From positions 26,570-58,569 of the forward strand of contig JABGTD010000061.1 in the NCBI GenBank assembly GCA_018647405.1: a stretch of 32,000 bases of DNA, read 5' to 3'. Made by a program: the position numbers and the translations under genes. The stretch is from Nitrososphaerota archaeon (GTDB lineage: Archaea; Thermoproteota; Nitrososphaeria; Nitrososphaerales; Nitrosopumilaceae). Below, piece by piece: positions 25,982 to 32,000 of this stretch. Position 1 is the stretch's first letter. Each line of letters opens with the position of its first letter. The notes beneath the pieces are model-generated. The model saw only the letters and a list, made by a program, of their open reading frames with translations, was not told the origin of the DNA and made no database searches.

Positions 25982-26145
25982 TGTATTTTCCACTAAAAAA
26001 TTTGTAAAAATTACAATTTATAATAGAAAACTCATACGTTTAGTCGAATTATATGTGGCAAATGATCAATAATTACATCAAAAAATTGATAATGATCGAT
26101 AAATTATAAAAAATAAACAAAAAATGTGTAATTCGTTCATTAAGG

Positions 26146-26152
26146 TTATATA
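26146..26152 (+). promoter_or_regulatory. TATA box of the surface-protein gene
   Basis: AAGGTTATATAC; the TTATATA core is centred about 30 nt upstream of the ATG at 26180, predicting a very short 5-prime UTR. Confidence 0.45.
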
Positions 26153-26179
26153 CTTACTTTTGCAAAAAATGCCAATAAC

Positions 26180-29100
26180 ATGAATAAAGAATTAGGACGA
26201 AAAATAACTAGTCTAACCTTAATGACTATTATGCTAGCAGGTGGAGTTAGCTTCGCTGTTCCTGGTGTTATGCCAGAAGCAGAGGCAGCTAACCAATACT
26301 TGTGGGTATCAGCAGAAGACGCCGGTGGAAATAATTTCTACGGCGGTCAGGTTTTAGAAATCGTAGTTTCTGATCCAGCTATTAATAGACTGGATGAGGC
26401 ATACGGTATGCCTGACGTTACAATTGACGGTAAGAAAGTTATCATGGCACAAGGTGTTGACGGTTCTTGGTATGCATACATTGCTGATGGCAAGAGTGCA
26501 ACCGGAATTGACAGCAACTATCCAGAAGTTGAAGATGGAAAAGGAGCAGATTATGGTCGCTTCTGTAAAGCAGATACAAACTTAGAGTTTGGACCAAATG
26601 ATGCATTTGTATCACAACTGATTCCTTCGGAATCACGTGGTGTTGCACTTCCTCACCAACTGGGTAACACAACAATTCCAGGTACCTCCTCATCAGGACC
26701 ACATACATACATTGGTTCAGCTACACAAAGTAGTTACACCCAAGGTACAGGTATCACACAAAAATGTGATAACGATGTTGAAGGATCATCCGCAAACGGA
26801 ATTGAAGGTGCACCTGGTATCTGGCTAAATGCATCTGCACAACTTGCACACACTGGTAAACTTGCAACAGGTGTTAACGCATCTGATCAAGCTATCAACA
26901 ATGTTGTAAGAGAAGCAAGAGCATTATCCAATGGTACAACTACTGATTACTATGGTAACATTGCCTTAGGTCCAAACCTATGGCCATTTATCCAATTGTA
27001 CGACTTCACACGATATCAATCATATGACTTAGTTTACGAACGAGGCGGAAATGACGAAACAATTGCTTTGTCTTTTGACAGACCAGGCGCTACAAACGGC
27101 GGCGGACTATCATTTGATAAAGATCACTATGGTTTAACTCATGAAATCGGTGTAACAATCGGCAACAATGAAATGAACATAGACCCAACTGACGAAGACA
27201 GTTGGACTTTCGGCACACTTCCAACAAACGCAACCACATTCTATCAACTATTTGATGAAAACGGTGCAATGGATGCATCAGCAACAGCAGGTGCAATTAA
27301 ATTCACTGCAGGTACACAGCCATTCGGCTTTGATACCGGTGTTCTTCAAATCGATAGAAATGGTCCTGAAGATGCAACAAACAATGTTTTGATGTTCCAG
27401 GACAATGGTGATCAAGTAGTAGCATGTAGCAGTGGAACCTGTGCAACAAGTAACATTAGCACAGCAAGCCAAGCAGTTACATTTACTGAAACCGGTGCAA
27501 ACACTGGTATTTTCACCAATTGGGATGACGCTTTGAAAACAAACATGTACGTTAACGCAGCAGCAGACAGAGGTACACAAGCCACATTCAAGTGGGATGA
27601 TGTAGAATTCTCTGTTCTTTACATGCCTTTCTGGGGAACAATTGCATTCAATACTGATGGCTCCGACGGTGCAACCACCGGCGCAGCAATTGGTGCAGAA
27701 TGGAACTCTGGAGAAATTGTAGAAATTGTATTAGACGATAACGACATGAACCTCGACGCACGAAGTCAAGAGCAAATGACAGTTGGTTCAAATACCACAA
27801 TCGTACCAGCAGTAAAGATTGGTTCACCAATCACACTATCTACACTAGATACATTGACATATCTTGATGAGACCGGAACAAATGCAATTACATTTGACGA
27901 GAACATCAATGATACACAATGTAGTAGTGATTATGGTTCAGCAGGAACTGCTGCATCATATGTCTCCTGTTATGAAAAATACAGTGAGAGAGCAATAGTG
28001 ACTTCTAGTACAAGTGCTATTACAGTTGCAGACAATGATCAATTGAGATTTGTCTTCAACGGTACAACTGTCGGTGATCTTAAAGATTTGATATCCGGTG
28101 CTAACGGTACAGCAGCTTACACTTACATCCAATACGATTTCCGTTCACTTAACGGCGGTGGAAATGATGTAAACTATTACTTGAACTTCACCATTGGTGA
28201 TGATTCAATTAACAGTTGTACAGCAAACAGTGCAACATCCTATACAAATGGACATTGTTCTGAAGCAAGATTTAACACCGGTCTTATTGGTCAAACACTA
28301 ATTAATGATCCAAGCGACACCCTAAAGGGACTGGGCAGCTCAAGCACTAACGCTTTAACTGACTCACAAGCTTTGAGAATTACAGTGCAAATGAACAGCA
28401 TTAGCGGTTCATTTGATGAAACACTAAGCGCAGGTACCTCATACCCATTAACTATGGATGTTGTAACATTCGGTCAATCAAATGACGGTGTTGCATCTTC
28501 TGATAGACACAACAACGCAATCTATAGATTGGAAGTTGATGAAGTTGACGCCAACGGAGGAATCTTCGTAGGTGAATTAGATTTCATCATGCTCAATCAA
28601 TTGAACGTTAACCAAACTTCCACATACAATAATACTAAGACAGATCACGAAGAAAACAGAATCATTGTTCACAATGACTTAACTGATGAAGACGAGATCC
28701 GAATTAATTATTTAGATATGGGAGCTGACGGCGTTGAGACACAAGTAGCAGACCAATTAGCAGCACCAACACACTCAGGTGTAGTTGAATTTGACAATGA
28801 CAGTTACAAAGAAGCAGACACTGTAGTCATAACATTAACTGACTCAGACCTAAACACTAACCCAGATATCATCAATATTTACACTGTTGTAAACACTGGT
28901 GGTGATTATGCAGAAGACATGGTTGGTAAATCCAGTTACGGAAAGAATTCCGTTGGAGATGCCAATGGTCGAATGCTAGACATTACCTTTGATGACGAAA
29001 TATGGTTAGAATCAAGTTCCACTAACAATACTACTACTTGTAGTACTGCAACAACTGGAACTGATGGTTTAGCAGAATCTGGATTTACTTTAGTAGAGAC

Positions 29101-31519
29101 CGGTAGAGATACTGGTGTCTTCACAGGTGACTTCCAGGTTCCAGCAGAGTATTGTGCACGTTCCTCAGGAACAGGTACAACAACCTCAACCATGGGTACT
29201 GATATTGAAGTTAATTATGTAGATTACAGAGACGCATCTGGAGAAATCATCGAAGTAGGTGATGGCGCAGGAATTAGAGGCAATACTGGATCAGTTAGCT
29301 TAGACAGAACAGTCTATCCAGTTCCATTCGGAACTGTAGCTGACTTTGCAGCAGAAACCTCAAAGAGTACACCTAACGGTAGATCTCTATTCCCAATCCA
29401 TGCTGATGGAATCAGTACACTTGATAGTGATTCTGAAACACTCGGCAGTGGTGACTTGACCATACACATTCGTGTAGATGACCCAGATTACGACGTATCA
29501 GCAACAGGTGAAGACCAAATTGCAGAGAATACAACAACAACCTCTAACCGTGGACCTCTAAAGATCTACGTTTCAAGAGGATCTGATGCTGTAGTACTCG
29601 CAACTGCAGGTGGTGATACCGCACAAAATGGTAAAATCACTACAGATGGTAATTCAGTCGTTGACGGCGGTGCCGTAAACGGTACTGTTGAACTTGGCCC
29701 AATCTTAGAGACTGCTCCAGATTCTGGAGTATTCGAACTTGACATGACAGTCAGATATACTGACGGTCCTGCAAGCACAGATTGTTCTTCCAAGACTGAC
29801 AATTGGACACCTCTAAACGGTGACTCCAATATCACTGATACTTCTGCTAACAACGCTGAACTAACTAGATTCGATGCGGTCGCAACCTCTGGTGATTATT
29901 GTCTCTTACAAGGAGATGTACTCACAGTAGAGTATACTGACCAAAACGATGCATCTGGTAACTCAGCAGTAGCTTACGATTCAGCAACATTTGACTTAAG
30001 AAACGGTGTAATTCAAACAGACAAATCTGTCTACATCATTGGAAGTGATATTATCATGACCTTGATTGAACCAGATCTTGACTTAGAATCTGATGAATCA
30101 GAAACATGGGACCTCGATTTAATCGAATGGGACTCTGACGCATTTACCAACACAATGGGTAATGCAGGCGGAGCCGCAGCATCCTTTGATCCTGAACCAT
30201 CTGACTTTAGAGAAACAGGTGACTCTACTGGAATCTTCCAGATTGTTATCGAAACCCCAGCAACACTTGGCGGTACTTCTCTAGACAGAGGTGAACTCAT
30301 CGATCTTGAATACACAGATTGGGCCCCAGCTGGCGCCAATTATGTTGGTGAAGAGTATACAGACATAGGACTTTCAATCTACACATCTAACTTCGGTGCA
30401 ACTATCGAAATGGACCAAAAAGTATACACATGGACTGATAAAATCTATGTAACTATTGTCGCTCCAGATCACAACTTTGACAGCGGACTCGTTGATCAAA
30501 TTGGTGATACTGATGACGACCCATTAATCGTACAAACCAGATCCCAGAAACTCACTGGCTACAAACTAGCAGAGACTGGAACTGATACAGGCATCTTCAG
30601 TGGTGAAGTTATCCTCAAAGGATTCTCACATGACGCTGATGGTGACCCATCAACTGGTACAAGCGGTTATGATGTTACAGGAATTTCATCTGCAAGTGGA
30701 TCAGGACCAACCGATGGTGCAATTAAAGCCGAAGATGATGACGGAGTTACAATTTCATACGAGTTTAACGAGGATGAAGTTGTAGTAGGCTCTGCATTAA
30801 TCAGATGGAACGTAGGTGAAGTTCAATGGCTTGAATCAAGCTATCCTGCAGGCGGTAATGGTGTAGTAAGAGTAGTCGACCCAGATATGAACTGGGATCC
30901 AGAAAATGTAGATAACTTCTCAATCGACGTCTGGTCAGATTCTGACGCAGGCGGTATTTCCTTAATGATCACTGAGACAAATGAGGCAACTGGAATATTC
31001 GAAGGAACTGTATCATTTACAGCTGACGACGAATCATCCGGACACAGACTCAGAGTCGCAGAAGGTGACACAATCACCGCAGAATATGAGGATAATACAC
31101 TTCCAGATCCATATACTAGAAGCGATGACCTCGATATCACTGGCACAGCCATAATCGGCACAATCGTACCTCCTCTTGAGCGCGCTCCAGCAGCAAACGC
31201 AAGAGTAGTTGATTCATTCGGTAACTCCATGAGTGAGGTATCAGTAGATCAACAAGTACAGATTGAAGCAGACTTGGTAAACGGTCAGGATAGAGATCAA
31301 TCATTCGCATACTTAGTACAGGTTCAGGATGGCGATGGAGTAACTGTCTCACTAGCATGGATTACAGGTCAACTGGCTGCTGGACAATCATTTAGCCCAG
31401 CACTGTCATGGATTCCAACTTCCTCTGGTTCATACGAAGCAACAGTCTTTGTATGGGAGAGCGTAGATAATCCATCTGCTCTATCTGATACAGTATCAGT
31501 AAGCATCCGAGTCGTATAA
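26180..31519 (+). CDS. giant acidic secreted surface protein, probable S-layer (glyco)protein built of repeated Ig-like modules with a CARDB-like C-terminal domain
   Basis: 1779 aa. Signal peptide MNKELGRKITSLTLMTIMLAGGVSFAVPGVMPEAEA. At least six recurrences of the module motif ETGxxTGxF (TETGANTGIF, VETGRDTGVF, ETAPDSGVF, RETGDSTGIF, AETGTDTGIF, TETNEATGIF), each followed by a ..Y.D strand. Large excess of D/E over K/R, many N-x-S/T sequons, no C-terminal membrane anchor. Strong TATA box and oligo-T terminator. Confidence 0.7.
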   Translation: MNKELGRKITSLTLMTIMLAGGVSFAVPGVMPEAEAANQYLWVSAEDAGGNNFYGGQVLEIVVSDPAINRLDEAYGMPDVTIDGKKVIMAQGVDGSWYAYIADGKSATGIDSNYPEVEDGKGADYGRFCKADTNLEFGPNDAFVSQLIPSESRGVALPHQLGNTTIPGTSSSGPHTYIGSATQSSYTQGTGITQKCDNDVEGSSANGIEGAPGIWLNASAQLAHTGKLATGVNASDQAINNVVREARALSNGTTTDYYGNIALGPNLWPFIQLYDFTRYQSYDLVYERGGNDETIALSFDRPGATNGGGLSFDKDHYGLTHEIGVTIGNNEMNIDPTDEDSWTFGTLPTNATTFYQLFDENGAMDASATAGAIKFTAGTQPFGFDTGVLQIDRNGPEDATNNVLMFQDNGDQVVACSSGTCATSNISTASQAVTFTETGANTGIFTNWDDALKTNMYVNAAADRGTQATFKWDDVEFSVLYMPFWGTIAFNTDGSDGATTGAAIGAEWNSGEIVEIVLDDNDMNLDARSQEQMTVGSNTTIVPAVKIGSPITLSTLDTLTYLDETGTNAITFDENINDTQCSSDYGSAGTAASYVSCYEKYSERAIVTSSTSAITVADNDQLRFVFNGTTVGDLKDLISGANGTAAYTYIQYDFRSLNGGGNDVNYYLNFTIGDDSINSCTANSATSYTNGHCSEARFNTGLIGQTLINDPSDTLKGLGSSSTNALTDSQALRITVQMNSISGSFDETLSAGTSYPLTMDVVTFGQSNDGVASSDRHNNAIYRLEVDEVDANGGIFVGELDFIMLNQLNVNQTSTYNNTKTDHEENRIIVHNDLTDEDEIRINYLDMGADGVETQVADQLAAPTHSGVVEFDNDSYKEADTVVITLTDSDLNTNPDIINIYTVVNTGGDYAEDMVGKSSYGKNSVGDANGRMLDITFDDEIWLESSSTNNTTTCSTATTGTDGLAESGFTLVETGRDTGVFTGDFQVPAEYCARSSGTGTTTSTMGTDIEVNYVDYRDASGEIIEVGDGAGIRGNTGSVSLDRTVYPVPFGTVADFAAETSKSTPNGRSLFPIHADGISTLDSDSETLGSGDLTIHIRVDDPDYDVSATGEDQIAENTTTTSNRGPLKIYVSRGSDAVVLATAGGDTAQNGKITTDGNSVVDGGAVNGTVELGPILETAPDSGVFELDMTVRYTDGPASTDCSSKTDNWTPLNGDSNITDTSANNAELTRFDAVATSGDYCLLQGDVLTVEYTDQNDASGNSAVAYDSATFDLRNGVIQTDKSVYIIGSDIIMTLIEPDLDLESDESETWDLDLIEWDSDAFTNTMGNAGGAAASFDPEPSDFRETGDSTGIFQIVIETPATLGGTSLDRGELIDLEYTDWAPAGANYVGEEYTDIGLSIYTSNFGATIEMDQKVYTWTDKIYVTIVAPDHNFDSGLVDQIGDTDDDPLIVQTRSQKLTGYKLAETGTDTGIFSGEVILKGFSHDADGDPSTGTSGYDVTGISSASGSGPTDGAIKAEDDDGVTISYEFNEDEVVVGSALIRWNVGEVQWLESSYPAGGNGVVRVVDPDMNWDPENVDNFSIDVWSDSDAGGISLMITETNEATGIFEGTVSFTADDESSGHRLRVAEGDTITAEYEDNTLPDPYTRSDDLDITGTAIIGTIVPPLERAPAANARVVDSFGNSMSEVSVDQQVQIEADLVNGQDRDQSFAYLVQVQDGDGVTVSLAWITGQLAAGQSFSPALSWIPTSSGSYEATVFVWESVDNPSALSDTVSVSIRVV

Positions 31520-31588
31520 GGTAATTAGACATCAAACTTTCCTTTTTTTCTTTTTTTTGAACACCTCTTAACGAAAGTTATAGACAAA
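31423..31588 (+). repeat. right copy of the 166-bp direct repeat (partner 730-895)
   Basis: Covers the last 32 codons plus stop of the surface-protein gene, the oligo-T terminator and the AAAGTTATAGACAAA box. Confidence 0.9.
31538..31558 (+). terminator. oligo-T terminator of the surface-protein gene
   Basis: tttcctttttttcttttttttg begins 19 nt after the TAA stop at 31517-31519. Confidence 0.6.
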
Positions 31589-31643
31589 ATTCTCAAACAA
31601 AATTTTCACAAGTAATATCTATTAGAATTCAAGCAATTAATTA

Positions 31644-32000
31644 TTGAATTATAATGTAATATTCTTCTCAATTCTTTTACTATCTTTTACACCTATGACG
31701 TTTGTAAATGCTGAAGTATTTCAGGAAAGATTAGAAGGTACTTTGGATGTCTATACTAATCAATTAGTATTTGCTCCTGGAGAACCAATATTTGTACATG
31801 GTCAGGGTGTGCCAAAAGAACCTATCATCATAAGATTATTTAGTCCTGATGATACAATTGCAGAATTTGAACAATTAATGACAGGTGAAGATGGATCTTT
31901 CCATCATTTCTTAATGGAATGGGATCAACCAACAACAAATCTTCCATATGGAACATACATTCTAGAGGTTATCTCTAATCAACAAGGAGGAATATCAAAA
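31644..32000 (+). CDS. hypothetical secreted protein, N-terminal part (runs off window); start uncertain (TTG 31644 or ATG 31695)
   Basis: Frame 3 is open from stop TAA 31638-31640 to the window end. From TTG 31644 it reads (M)NYNVIFFSILLLSFTPMTFVNA then EVFQERLEG, a signal-peptide-like hydrophobic core with a VNA cleavage motif. The ATG at 31695 would remove that segment. Confidence 0.5.
   Translation, partial: MNYNVIFFSILLLSFTPMTFVNAEVFQERLEGTLDVYTNQLVFAPGEPIFVHGQGVPKEPIIIRLFSPDDTIAEFEQLMTGEDGSFHHFLMEWDQPTTNLPYGTYILEVISNQQGGISK

Noticed and set aside
26394-31358. About fifteen ORFs of 60-129 aa in alternative frames and on the antisense strand inside the surface-protein gene (for example 30841-31230 minus, 27278-27580 minus, 30031-30339 minus).
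   Set aside because: They are entirely nested in a 5.3-kb ORF with a signal peptide, repeated domain motifs, a promoter and a terminator. Their sequences are low-complexity mirror images of it (Ser/Pro/Val/Cys-rich), and their abundance follows from the locally higher GC and stop-codon depletion.

Overview
AT-rich archaeal chromosomal segment. The gene content (thermosome, exosome Csl4, Dph2, TiaS, MptE-type pterin kinase, archaeal initiator tRNA) and a giant acidic secreted surface protein fit an ammonia-oxidising thaumarchaeon (Nitrosopumilales-like), though the organism is an inference. I call 31 protein-coding regions (two run off the window ends), one tRNA and one gene fragment; most of it is densely packed core metabolism. 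This includes guaA and guaB flanking a divergent mptE/folP pterin pair, pheA, class II HMG-CoA reductase, and a translationally coupled his operon (hisG-D-C-HAD-B-H-A-F). No transposase, integrase, CRISPR array or recognisable defence genes were seen. Four observations stand out. (1) At 23428-25981 a zinc-ribbon ThrC-family PLP enzyme sits 7 nt upstream of a single polypeptide that fuses a MoaD/ThiS-type ubiquitin-like domain, ending in Gly-Gly, directly to an E1-like adenylyltransferase plus an unassigned C-terminal domain. This looks like a protein-thiocarboxylate sulfur-transfer or ubiquitin-like module. (2) At 26180-31519 a 1779-aa, strongly acidic, sequon-rich, repeat-built secreted protein (probable S-layer subunit) forms a sharp GC-rich compositional island. 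(3) At 665-903 an orphan copy of the last ~50 codons of that gene, with its oligo-T terminator and downstream flank, lies 30.7 kb upstream in direct orientation at about 98 percent identity. (4) A large-cap HAD phosphatase sits inside the his operon and is a candidate for the missing histidinol-phosphate phosphatase. All function calls come from motif recognition by eye; no database search was possible.
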